A DNA stretch of 63,598 nucleotides, the filler included, from Circinaria calcarea (taxonomy: Eukaryota), in NCBI GenBank assembly GCA_051942165.1. It is 3 parts of 3 records of this genome, joined end to end, with 100 filler letters (N's around TTAATTAATTAA, not from the genome) between each part and the next. Parts side by side here need not be neighbours in the genome. Positions count along the whole stretch, not along the records: positions 1 to 21,171 come from JAVECS010000149.1; positions 21,272 to 42,428 come from JAVECS010000150.1; 1 more part is not named here. One strand, given 5' to 3'. Below, piece after piece: positions 13,846 to 25,799 of this stretch. Each line of letters begins with the position of its first letter. Within the stretch, counting starts at the first letter, position 1. The position numbers and the translations under genes were made by a program. The notes under the pieces were generated by a model. The model did not search any database, was not told where the DNA came from, and saw only the letters and a list, made by a program, of their open reading frames with translations.

Positions 13846-14720
13846 ATGAGACAATTTCTTCACTCCGGCACAGATAGCCGAAACAATGCATGCAATTGGC
13901 ATGTACCGCTGTTTTATCTCTCTACAACTCTCTTACCAGAAAGCAGTCGACCATACTCACGCTTTTGGTAGATATCAAGAACGGTGCTGGGTCACCTTCG
14001 GCTTTTTTTATCAACGCCCAAACTCCAAAACCGATCCCCTCATCTAGCGAATGCCTCATCATCCGCGTGAAGGCCTTCGGATTAAACCGAGGTGATCTTA
14101 TTCAGAGGGAAGGCAAATATCCCATGCCTCCGGGGACACCCAAGGAGTTAGGCTTGGAATTTAGTGGTATAGTTACTGCTGTTGGCAAAGACGAAGAGGC
14201 TGAAGAGGTGCATAGATTGAAAATAGGTGATGAGGTATTCGGATTGGTATACGGAGGCGCGTATGCTGAGTTTGTCATTGTGAGCAAGAAAATATTGCTC
14301 AGAAAGCCTAAGGAGCTAAGCTGGGAGTTCTGTGGTGGCCTCTGCGAGGTATAATATAATAAACCTGGTCCACCGCTTTTGCCCCTTTATTCCATACACG
14401 CCAATAGCCACCATCACTAAAGTATAACTTCGCAGCAGCTCACTAGTCTTCTCAGCTAACAGCGCTAAATCTCTCGAGTAGGTATGGCTCACAGCTTTAC
14501 AAGCGCTTTACCTTGTTGGTTCCTATGACCCAAAAACTACCCGTTCCATTCTATGGCACGCGGGTACCTCAGGAGTGTCCATAGCTGGTATTCAGCTCTC
14601 TCTACTTGCCAACTGTCATAGCAACTATCCTACACCCAAGGTTTTTGCTACTACCCGTCGCGATGACAAATGTGACTTCTGCATGGAAGAGCTCGGTAGT
14701 AACGGCGCCGTCAACATGAA
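13846..14720 (+). pseudogene. Zeta-crystallin/PIG3-like NADPH:quinone oxidoreductase (MDR family), 3'-truncated
   Basis: VKAFGLNRGDLIQREGKYP, LGLEFSG, GGAYAEF, EVWLTALQAL, ILWHAGTSGVSIAGIQL. Homology stops after ELGSNGAVNMK (~14720), where unrelated transposon-like sequence begins. Start codon approximate. Confidence 0.8.
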
Positions 14721-15420
14721 AGCAACGCCACTCTTGACATTATCCACGTGGGTGGCCAAGAGACCCAATCCATGCTCTTACCCAGGTCTCAGAAGCAGCG
14801 ACGAGGGTCCTCTGTCCTGGTCGACGACCTGTCAACCGACAACGAGGTCCTTACGTTCGACGACGACGTACAGGACCTCCCACCGCAGCCTTCCGGCAAG
14901 GTCTTGGTGGCTGCCACCCCCCCCCACCCGAAGATTCTATCCCTCTCGTTATAACCATTCCAAGCTCTTCACCATCCTCCTCCTCACCCTCGGAAGGTAT
15001 AGATGAACCCCCACCCACCAGACGGTCAGGACGGGTAAAGAAGCCCTCGAAGATCATCGGATCGCAGCGCAGGCGGGGGTTGGAGGCGGAGGCGGCAAAG
15101 GAAGTCGTGCAGGAGAAGAAGGAAGCCAAGACGAAGGCAAAGGAAAGGAAGATTCGTAAGTCGAAGCTGATACAGACCAGCCAAATATTCGATTCATTCG
15201 TGGATCCTAGCCAGAAGTACGAATTAGCCTTTAGTAGTTCCCAGTAAATGTACATATAAATGCGCATTGAAAAGTGCTTGAATGCGCCATATCTAATGCG
15301 CGAAAACACATGCAAATTCGCAGAATATTGCGCCAATTATATGCGCAATTAACATGCTTGCAATTCTTATTGGTGGCTGAATCATATATTACTAGGTAAT
15401 TTACTATTCTATATTAAGTT
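14721..15420 (+). mobile_element. MULE-like transposon 3' remnant
   Basis: Encodes PPPTRRSGRVKKPSK...SQ and a K/E-rich tail ending TSQIFD, like the peptide inside the TIR/TSD-bounded element at 33904-34739; followed by a similar ATGCGC/GCAAT-rich subterminal tract. Boundaries approximate. Confidence 0.5.
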
Positions 15421-16224
15421 AGTGCCCGCTCCACCCCTGCCTGATTGTTGCGGACAGTATAAATGTATACTGTCAATGTATACTGTCCGGAGTCATTCCG
15501 GGAATCGGGTTCAATCCCAATAACGCTACTTTTGGGTGGTCTGGTGGTTTCCCCCTCCTGTTTTCTGTGGGTGAGTCCGGAGATTACAAAGTACGTGCAG
15601 CAAAACCCCGAGATTATGTGCGAGAAAAAGCAAGTGGTGTTGAGCTGTACGGTGCTTGCGCGCTAATCTTCCCTGCACCTCCCAATAGGAATAGGGGTAT
15701 CTCCTACCCATTGCTCAATGCAATATGGATAACGACCAGGCTATCCTGTCTTATGCACATAATCTTTCATGCTGTCACATTTGCCCACGCTATTCCATGT
15801 GTGTTCGTCGTTTTCCATTGCGGCGACTATGAGGGGGAAGATGGCGAGGATGAGGCCGGTGGCTGTCACCGGGTCCATTGCAGGCGAGCTGGAGGCATGG
15901 AGGGTTTCTTGGCGGTATTACGGAAATGCACCGTGAATAACTCCCGGTTCTTTCTGGTGGTCTATCTAGTAGGACAACATTAATATCGAGGTGTACTGTG
16001 GTAGTTGCGCTGGTTCAAAGTTGCCCAAACCGGATTTCCTCATATCAAGAGCCTCACTTGGTAGCCTTGCCTATGGAGGGGAACATGCATAGCCACGCAC
16101 GTGTCGTCATGATCGTTACTATCGCCTCGAAAGAGGCCAACGGGCTTACTAACTTCACAGATTGCGTTGAACGAACCTACTGGTGTTCTACATCTGATCG
16201 AGAGATAGCTGACGTACCTATACA

Positions 16225-19200
16225 ATGGCACTGGCGTTGGCCAACGCAGCAAGGCTAAAGCCTGAAATCGCCCTTACACAAGCTCTACATGAGTACAACG
16301 CCATCCTTACCAATGAGCAAATAGAGGTGATACAATCGCATCATGGACATCCGGACGCTTCTGCTGTGATCACGTTGACGGTCAACATCGACCGAGAAAA
16401 CAGTGGTCGTAGGAGTCGATGCGTTGGAACTAGGCTGATCACCTTTCTCGAGTCTGTTCAGCAATTTACAACCATCGTGGATACTTTCGTTAGTTCAAAA
16501 CCCCACATTGCGGCTTTGGTGTGGGGTGGAGTGAAGCTGGCTCTGCTGGTAATGTCTCTTCCCTCCCAGGCGGTCCCTATAGCTGACTTGACTTGTTAGG
16601 CTGTCAATAACTTCACTTCCTTCTTTGACAAACTGTCGACACTCTTCATGAGCATAGGTTCTACCTGCCCTCGATTTACCGAATTCGGGTTACTTTATCC
16701 AAGTTCTGTTGGCCTTCAAAAAGCATTGTGTGATTACTATGCCGTTATTATACAACTTTGTAAAAGGGCAATAGAGTTTTCAAGGAGGCCAGGTGAGTCT
16801 GGATTGATGATAGAACACAGGAGTATCGGTCTTAACATAGGAAAGGTCTTTCTCAATTTGCTACGACCTTGTTGAGTCCTTTCGAAGCCCAATTCGGCAA
16901 TTTCATAAAGGATCTAGAAAGATTTGGTCAAGCGGTACGAGATGAAATATCACTGGCATCAAAGCAAGTGCAGCGTGAGGAAGCAAGGCTTCAAGTCATT
17001 GAGCGGAGAGAAGCCTCCATTTTCAGGAGTCTAGGGACAAAGTTCAGGGACAGAGCATCCCAAGAGCAGAAAGAAGCCCGAGAATGGAGGCTGCACGCAG
17101 AGCTACGAAACAAGCGTAATTTGATATTTCCTCCTTCGAATCGTGGAGGGTTTCCTGACTTAGTGGTGCAGGGCGTACGAGAATACAGATACTAAATACT
17201 TTTTCAACGTACAATCACGTGACAGCTTGGATGAAAGCTCGAAAGAAGTGCTCAGTAGGAACATCGACCTGGATAACCGCCAGATCCGAGTTCGAGACGT
17301 GGACATCTAGCCTCGGCTCGTCGAGTTTGTGGTGTACCGGAACATGTAAGTCACACTATAAGCATACATTATGGGGAGTATGCACCTAACCTATCGTATT
17401 AGTGGGAGCAGGAAAGACAGTGTTATCGTAAGTAAAAATAGTTTCACGCCACATTAGACCATGGTGCTCATTCGACTTAAGGGCTGAAGTTGCTGCACAT
17501 CTTACAAACACAGTATCACCTGTGGATTCTGTCGGTTTTTTCTTTTGCCGATACGATGAGACTGATTCTATGCGCGCGAGAGCCATCATGGGTAGCATTG
17601 CCAGACAGCTCATGTACAGCCTTCCATTGGAGTCTTTCACCAAACTCGATCAAGTCACTGATGCGTCACCCCTTGACACGGATCAGATTGTGAATTCTCT
17701 TCAGGAAGTCCTGCCAGATAACAGGCGATATTTCGTGATAATTGATGGGCTGGATGAATGTGAAGAGGCGGAAGCCAAAGAGTTGATTTTAGCAACACAA
17801 AAGTTACTTACCTCGCCAAAGATTACCTTCAAACTCTTTTGCTCTAGCCGACCCGATGTATTTCGCTGGGTACCCTGCATACTGAAGCCGGAATGGCACA
17901 TATCGATGGCTACAGGAGATGTCAAACCCGATATCGAGCGTTATATTGACGCTACTCTCGCACAACGTATAGAAAGTGGAGATCTCCAACTAGGGAATCC
18001 AACTCTCATCTTGACTATTCGGGATACCCTTCTTAGCGGCGCTCAAGGGATGTATGTAATTCCCCGATGGAACTGGAGCCTTCTATGCCCTACTTACTTT
18101 TGATTAGGTTTCTTTGGGTTGCTTTCCAGATTGAAACTTTGTGTGCTCAAAGAAGCGATCAGGGCCTTCTTGAGACGCTCTACGCTCTTCCCAAAGACTT
18201 GCCAGAGACGTTTGACCGCATTCTCGGCAGACTTGCCAAAATGGAAGACATAGACAGACATAATAGTCTCAAAATCTTCAAGTGGGTCGCTGTTGCGAAG
18301 CGTCCGTTGAGCTTGGCGGAACTTCGCGAGGTCATCGGTATCAAACCATGTCAGCCAGGTCTTAGAATGGAGTGCTTGATCAACGACATTTTACGAGCGA
18401 TTGGGTGCTGCGGAAGTCTCGTCGAAGTAGACGAAGAGTATTCCACTGTCCACTTTGCTCACCATAGCGTGAAGCAATACCTACTCTCGGTTGCCGGAGA
18501 TCCTCCACTTGCAACTTATCATTTTAGCTTACAAGAAGCCGACACAGATGCAGGAGAGATATGTGTTACGTATCTAAACTTCAAAGAGCTGACAATGCAC
18601 GTCGCGAGGGCCTCTCAAGCACATGTTCAAGCATACCCATCCGCTATTCTTAAGGAGAGCTTAGCGCAGACCGGATTGACTTCCCGACTTGCCCTGAAAC
18701 TGTTGAAAACTAGATGTATTCCTAATTACTCTCTTTATCGTAACCTAGAAGAGTCCATTGGCATTACACAAGTCCAGAACCTTCAAAAGGCCCAATGCCA
18801 GTTTGCTTTCCTAGATTACGCTCAAACTTACTGGCTTCCCCATACGAAAGCATTTACAGAGCACGCCACAACATGGCAAATGTGGAGTGATCTAGTTAGG
18901 AAAGACCTCTCAATCGCATATGATCCGTGGGCAAAATTCAAATCAGGTAGTTACGGCAAATACGACATGGAGGAGATTGTTCGGGAGGATCACTGTGCGC
19001 TCTTACTGCTAAAAATAAGTCTTTCATATTCCCCACACAAGGTCTCTTTTCAGGAGGACGATATAAGCATGTTCTACAAGATGATCAACCAGATGATTTT
19101 GGAGGAACGACATGGGCTCCTTCGCATACTGCTGTTCAATTCATATCCCCATGCAGGCCCTCTGCCCACCTACTTATTACGCATTAACATTAACACGGCC

Positions 19201-19797
19201 CTAGCCGGCCTTGGCTACCTTGGGCTGCTTGAAGAGCAACAAACTAGGACAGAGAGACTAGGGTTAGGTATGGTACGTGTGAACGATTTACTTAAATACA
19301 GTATAGCTCGCCTCCTTAAAGAAACAGTCATCCCAGGATTTCCCCCGGAATCAGGCTCATATGCAGTTCTTGCCCCGGCAAATGATTGCTGGAACGCTTT
19401 GGCCGTGGCAGCAGCTCTGGGGCATATCCTTGTTGTAAAGTTCATATTTGCCATGAATAGAGACAGTGGTGATTTGGGGTTCTGCACTCCATCTTTCAAT
19501 AGCGTTTTCATCCAGGCAGTTATTCGCAACCAGATTCAAGTTTTGCATGTCCTGTTAGATCAGGGTGATCGATACTTGGAACTGGACAAGCGGGACTTGA
19601 GAGGCTTCACACCACTCATGTATATCGCTGAGCTAGGCAATGTGGATTTGGCTAGAAGACTCATCATCATGGGAGCTGGACTACATATTAAGAATCTTGA
19701 TGGAGAGACGGCTTTAAGCAAAGCAAGGGATAACAATATGAGAAAGTTTCTGATTACCGCTGCGAAGATTACACAAAATCCTATAACACCCGATTGA
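16225..19797 (+). CDS. Fungal NLR-like STAND protein: N-terminal domain + NACHT + winged helix + ankyrin repeats (multi-exon)
   Basis: IAALVWGGVK N-terminal motif; P-loop G-T-L-G-A-G-K-T assembled through a 25-nt exon (17403-17427); Walker B YFVIIDGLDEC; GMFLWVAFQI; LPKDLPETFDRIL; VHFAHHSVKQYL; ankyrin GFTPLMYIAELG/GETAL. Confidence 0.88.
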
Positions 19798-20734
19798 ATC
19801 CACCATCGCCCAGTACCAAGAGGGCTTGATAGCACCACTTCAACCGGTTAACGCTGGAAATTGTTAACAGTTCGAGACTTTTTGCGCTAGAGAAGCATAC
19901 CCGAACGTGAGATAAATTTGCCAACTTTTTCAAGCCGACGACCGAGCCAGTACCAGAGATTTTGGAAATCGTATTTGCGAAATATAGGGGCCGAGATTGC
20001 ACGATTTTGGGTGCCAAATGGACTGATTGGGCATTCATGGAGGTATAGGGCAAGACTACACCAAGTATAATTGCCAGTTCAGGTGTGGATATACTCGCTC
20101 ATGTGTATATTCTTCCAGCCAGCAGACGAAGGAGAACGGTGTCCATTTTGTCCCTCGTTCAGACGTGGTCGAACGTTATTATTGGTTTCGAGAAAGCGGC
20201 TACGAGGGTCGTTATGTGGGCGAGGACATTTTCTTTTTGGCAAGAGGGATATACTCTTGTATACGGTCCGTAGTGAAGCTGCTGCCAGACTCAGCTAGAA
20301 CTTCTTCCGGACGTTGTTTTTTTAGCATTGGGAGGGATCGGCTCCGTTCAGTACTCCGAGAAACCCGGGAGGCTGGGTAGTTGGGGAAGGCAGGATGGCA
20401 ATCGCGGAGCAGTGTTACTCTTGGCTACTACGAACAGATTGCTACTTAGTCACCAATCTCAGTCATCTTTTTCCGATGTAGAGCAGCAAACTTGGTTGTT
20501 GAGCAATATGTATTTGCTACTGGGAGTTCTATAACCAACTATAGTATCGAAGCTAGGCATACGAACGAAAATCCGCCTTTTAGAGAGATGTGTGTAGAGA
20601 GTGTGGGGAGCATAGGACCACCGCATTACCCGTACCCGTAGGTAATACGTTGACTCCGCAAGCCCTATGTATAGACTTTTTCACATAAAGTTTCCCAGAA
20701 AACTCCCGTCACCAAATAGCAATTTCGTAGATAG

Positions 20735-21064
20735 CATTTTTTTTTATTCACTCCCCCTGTCCTTATCCCTTTGATTCTCATTCCCCTCCATTGTACTCGC
20801 CCCAAAAGAAAAAGAAGAAGAAAGAAAAACGGTGGAATTAAATCATTAAACTAACTCCAACTCCAACTCCGCCCGTATACCAAGTACCATGTACCATGTA
20901 CCATATACCATGACTTCCGTCCGATTTGGCGTCTGTTCTACATCTACATCCGTCCATCCATCCATCCATCCTTCCATTCGTCCGTCCATCCATCCATTGG
21001 GAAAATAATCCCATCAGTTTCTTATTTTTTCTTTTCCTTCCCTATTCTTTCAATTACAAGACGA

Positions 21065-21095
<31 letters not shown>

Positions 21096-21170
21096 TAAAT
21101 TGGCAAAGATCGAAGGTCAAAGGTCGAATGGAAGGGATGTTGGGGAAGGACAAGGGCACGAGGAAAAAGG
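20735..21170. repeat. Low-complexity/microsatellite tract (poly-T, CTCCAA, TACCATG, CATC, GAGATAC repeats)
   Basis: Visible short tandem arrays, e.g. (GAGATAC)x4 near 21063-21090 and CATC repeats near 20948-20996, next to the assembly gap. Confidence 0.75.
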
Positions 21171-21171
21171 A

Positions 21172-21271
21172 NNNNNNNNNNNNNNNNNNNNNNNNNNNNN
21201 NNNNNNNNNNNNNNNTTAATTAATTAANNNNNNNNNNNNNNNNNNNNNNNNNNNNNNNNNNNNNNNNNNNN
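21172..21271. other. Assembly gap with artificial TTAATTAATTAA linker
   Basis: N-run interrupted by ttaattaattaa; same structure at 42429-42528. Confidence 0.95.
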
Positions 21272-24200
21272 CCTCATATATCTGCCTAATGCTCGCTTGC
21301 CCTGAATGTTGGTTTGGCGGTGAAGCGCTTGGAGTGCGGCTTGATTGCTAGTCTGTATAAAGATCATCTTGTTGTCGATATCTAGTTATCGGTTTAATGT
21401 CATAGCTATTGCGTGTAACTCGGCCGAATATGGGTTCTGTTCGGTCCTTGGTCCTATCGTGGCTGCATATTTCACCATTTCTTCCTCTTGCGAGTCGCGT
21501 ATCGTTCCCCCTATTCCTACTACACCATGTGTTTCCGAGGCACTCGTGACTACAATTATTCCCTGAGCCGTATCCGCGGCCTCTGCCGCTTTATCTTTAT
21601 CTGGAAGAACGACCAGTGCCATTCCACGGCGCGACTGTAAATGCATGGATGATCTCCATTCTTTCAGTCCTTGTGTGTTGCCACTTCCTTGCCATCCTCT
21701 GCACCGGGGAGATGAATCTTTGGAAGACTGTTCCCCCTCCTCTCCTCAACGGATGAGTATCAGGCAGTGTGTGCATGTTGATCCACAGCTTTAACGACCT
21801 TTCCGTATGTCTCTCTGCCGTCGTGTGCAATGAGGCCTCTGCCTCGCCCACTGCTGTCGCGACTGTTCGGAATATCCCCGTGACAGCCTGGGCTCCTACA
21901 TGTTGTACCCTGTTCAAGGACGCCTTATCCCCGGCTCTACACGTGTGCGTCCATACGTTTGAGGTATAGTCGACTACCGGCGCAACCGTGCCCTTGAATA
22001 GCTGTCTGGCCGTCGATGATGAAAGAGATCTCAGCCGTTTCAGCGCCATTGCTCCTCCGAGTCCCTTGGTAGCTGCATTGGCGATGTGGCTTATATATCT
22101 TAGACCCGAGTCCACGGTCACCCCTAAGATCCTGGTTTCGTCTCTTAGTATAACATCCTGCCCTTTGATACTGAATGGCGAGGCATCCATACGATTTTTT
22201 TCTCTGGTAAAATGCTGGACTGCCGTTTTGCTTCCCTCGAAGGTAGCACCGCTGCGTCTCTCCCATTCCCAATGCTCTATCGATTATCCGTCGGATCCTT
22301 TCCCTATTTGCTGTTGCGGATGGTCCTACTACCCAGGTTGTGTAGTCGTCCACGAAGGCCATAGCCCCTCCCTTTTTATTAATCTTGTGTTGCACAGGTC
22401 GGCGTTTGAAATACAGGAAAAGAATTGGCGACAGTGGTGATCCCTATGGAAGTCCTGCTTGTGTTAATGGCTGCCGCTCCGATACCTGCCTGTTTACTAC
22501 TGTTGTTGCAGATCGGTCCGAACAGAACGCATTAATCCATCTGGCAACTATAGGCGGTATTCCTCTTGCTTGCAGTCTTTGTACCAGTCTGTTCTTTGCA
22601 TACCCCGTTGTACGCACCTTTTACGTCAAAGCTGATCATGCTGAGTACTTTCTTCTCTCTCCACGCGTTATATATACTCTCTTGCAAAAGCATCAATGCA
22701 TGCTCAGCTGATCGTCTCTTTCTTGCCCCGAAATGGTTCGTGGGTAGTAGTTCCCAACTCTCTACCGCGTGTGATACCCGCTCTGCAATCACCGCCTCTA
22801 GTATCTTTCCTAATGTGGATAACAGCGAGATAGGTATCTAGGCCCCCGGTTTGGTGTAGTCATCCTTCTGGGGCTTTTTCAACGGTATTATTTTTGTAAC
22901 GCGCCACTGCTCTGGTAAATATCCGGTGTCCATTGATGCTTGGAAAAGACTTTGCACTCTCCTCTTGACTACCGACCAGACCTGCTTTCATACCATCGCC
23001 GGCAGCCCGTCTTCTCCAGGGGCTTTCCGTGCCTTAGCTTTCATCACTTCTCTTTCTATTTCTTCTATATTTAATTGCGGCATCGGGACCGCCGTTCTCT
23101 GCGGTCGCTCCCCTTCCTCTTCTATCTCCGTTAGGAGCGGTGGAAAGAACGTAGTTAGTAGCTCACTCATCTGCTCTGTCTTATTTCGGGTCATCGAGCC
23201 ATCCGCTCTTTGTAGAGGTGGAATCTTATCCCACGCTGCAATGTTCGCGGGCTTAACTTATTTTGCTGCCTCCCAGACATTCGTATTATCTGCCAGGAAA
23301 TCATTTCAGCGGGCTTTCTTTTGCTTCCGCATGGTCGTATGATATTCTCTACCCGCTTCCTAGGCTCTTCTCCCTCCTTCGGGGTCGTGCCACCCCGCTC
23401 GGCATTGCGGCCTCTGTCTGTTTCTCCAGTGTGTATACACTTGCCGAAGACCGGTCAGATCTGCTGTCCACCATCTTTTCGCATATGGGGACGGCCTGGC
23501 CCGCGGGGCCTACTGCTTCTTGTACCGCCTTCATTAGCTGATTTGCTTGTCCTTGGACCCCGCTATCCCATGGCGCGTGCTCGAGCGCCGTGGTCACTCT
23601 CTCTCTTATCGCATTCCATGGGGCGTTCTTAAATAGCAACCTTTCCTTTCTTTGCCGTTCTGGAGGTTCTATGTCAGATGTCGTTTCTATCGCTCTGTGA
23701 TCTGACCCATGTTCTGTGTCGTGAATTTTGCACCCTATCGTCTTTTTGCTAGATCTTCTGATGCTAGCACTAGATTAATTGTTGTCTCTTGGTTTCCCTT
23801 TTGCCATGTATTCGTGCTTCTTGTCAACATGCTTTGGAGCGCTAGCTCATTCATGCAATCGATGATAGGGTCGGCTTCTCTTTGCCTGTCTGGCGCGACA
23901 TGGTCTTCACTCCATAACTGGTCGTGGCGGTTGAAATTCCCTATTAATAGAATATATAGTTGGCTATTTACCTTCACCTTTGCCTCTCTCACTAGTTGCC
24001 GTATACGTTTGATTGATTCTCGGAGTGCTCATGTATCGCTACACGGTATGTATACCGAGGCCACGAGTATTGCCCTCTCTGATAGGTGGAGGAGAACCGG
24101 GATTGTTCGGCTTCGAGGTCCTTACATATTCATAATATGCTTCTTATTACTCATCCTTCGTCCTATTGTATTATTGGCAGAACTTTCGCCCAGATTGCGT

Positions 24201-25700
24201 GCCCGTAAGGACGATAACCAGAGAATGCTCTATTCTCCAGACGTTCGGTTCCTGTATTGCTATCACGCTGAAGTCTTTTAGTCATTCGTCGTTCATTAAG
24301 CTCTGTTGTACCATGTCCTGCTTCCTTACATTCAATTGAAGTACTTGGAGCGTATTACACATGTCGGATGGGGTGTGATGCGGCAATTTTTGCTCTATGA
24401 TTCGTGGGGACCTCCGCATGGCACGCATTTGGGAATCTCCTCGAGACATTTACTGTGGTGGTGACCTTCTTTTGCACACTTCCTGCATATTTGGGTCTTC
24501 CTGCACGAGAAAGCTTTATGTCCCATAGCTTGACAGTTGTATCATTGGGTGGGGCCTATTCTTGGCTCACAGACTCTAGTAAATGCTAATTTTCCCTCTA
24601 GATTGGAGTATTGACCCTGAAGGAGCCATGCTACTTCACTTCCTCTAGTTACGTATATTATCATCGATCCGTAGTTCTTACCATTATCCTTTCTACTGAT
24701 CCATGCGATTTTCGATATCCTAACCTCGTTTTCCTTCCCAAGTCTCTCAGCTGCGTCGGCACGGACGGAGCCGTCTATCTTCAATACCGCCTTTCTGTTA
24801 ACATTGTCTACCTTGACCGGGTATAATTGGTCTTTCAATATTCTCGTTCCAGTCACCAGCGTCTTTTTTGAGGCTTCTTTCACCTTGTTCAACTCCTCTT
24901 CATTCCTGCATGCCACTCTATTTTTCGTGCTGCTTCTCATATTTTTGGTCACCACTGCGCATCGCCACGTCTCCATGCCCTCGTTGGCGCGCTTTCCTTC
25001 TCAATTGCTTCCCTGATCGCTCTCGGGTGTGTTTTCTCCGTGTGCTCCTCTCCAACTCTTGATGTGTCGATAGTACAGTATAGGGTGTCGGTCATAGTTG
25101 ACGGTGTGGTTCCTCCGGACGTTCCGGGTTATAGGTTGCTTGGGTAACTGTTCAGTGGTGTTCGAGCAATCTCTGCATATGATGGGGATGCTCCGGTTGG
25201 GATTTGGATGCCGGTCTCCCGAGCCTGGAGCATTGTCGTCATCTCCGATTTCAGCACCTCCGTCTGTTCCTTAAAGGCCTTCGTGAGGGCCACGACCTAC
25301 TCCGCGGCATTGCCCTTTTGTTCTTCTCTTTCCCTTATCAGTAGTTCAATATGTTTCGCTGCCAAACACCTCTGTTCCTCCATAACATTCTTGATCTGTG
25401 CTATATGGGTTGTAAGGAATTCGATTAGAGGCTTATGTTGAGCTTCCGTGGCTGTTCTCGTGCTCTCTATCGCCAGCTGGACCTGGTTGGCTGCGTCATC
25501 GGGGGCCATTTGTTCTCTTGCTTTCGCAGTAGGCGTGCGGTTCCGGCTGGGCCCCTGGTGGCCATCTTTGTTTCGTGGCGTGCTTTCGCTCGCTCGGTGC
25601 TCCTTAGGGTCCTTACGTTGAGGTCCGACCTCATGTATCACTCTTAATTTGGAAAATCACGTCACGTAGTGGGGATGACGATCTCGAGTAGCTCCGGATT
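21272..25700 (-). mobile_element. Degenerate non-LTR retrotransposon (Tad/CgT1-like LINE): gag, APE, RT, RNase H
   Basis: ORF1 with CCHC knuckles (YNCQAMGHKAFSC; CRKCAKEGH; CVPCGGPH). ORF2 has APE (LQLNVRK..IQEP; GNFNRHDQLW; GSDHRAI), RT (KAPGEDG; HFGARKRRS; SFDVKGAY; GSPLSPILF; AFVDD) and RNase H (NPYSAELHAIA). Many stops and frameshifts; 3' end runs into the gap. Confidence 0.92.
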
Positions 25701-25799
25701 CACAGCGTGACTTGTCATAACAAGATGACGCGTCATAGCTACTCTAGTCTTCGGGACAGCGCTCTTCTAGGCAGTGTAGATCTGCTGTATAGGTAAGCT

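Noticed and set aside
20735..20750. Poly-T/TTATT as the 3' poly(A) tail of the minus-strand LINE
   Set aside because: Separated from the LINE by microsatellites and a gap; no TSD found, so it cannot be assigned.
21216..21227. TTAATTAATTAA palindrome inside N-runs (also ~42473-42484)
   Set aside because: Artificial scaffolding linker with stops in all frames; not biological.
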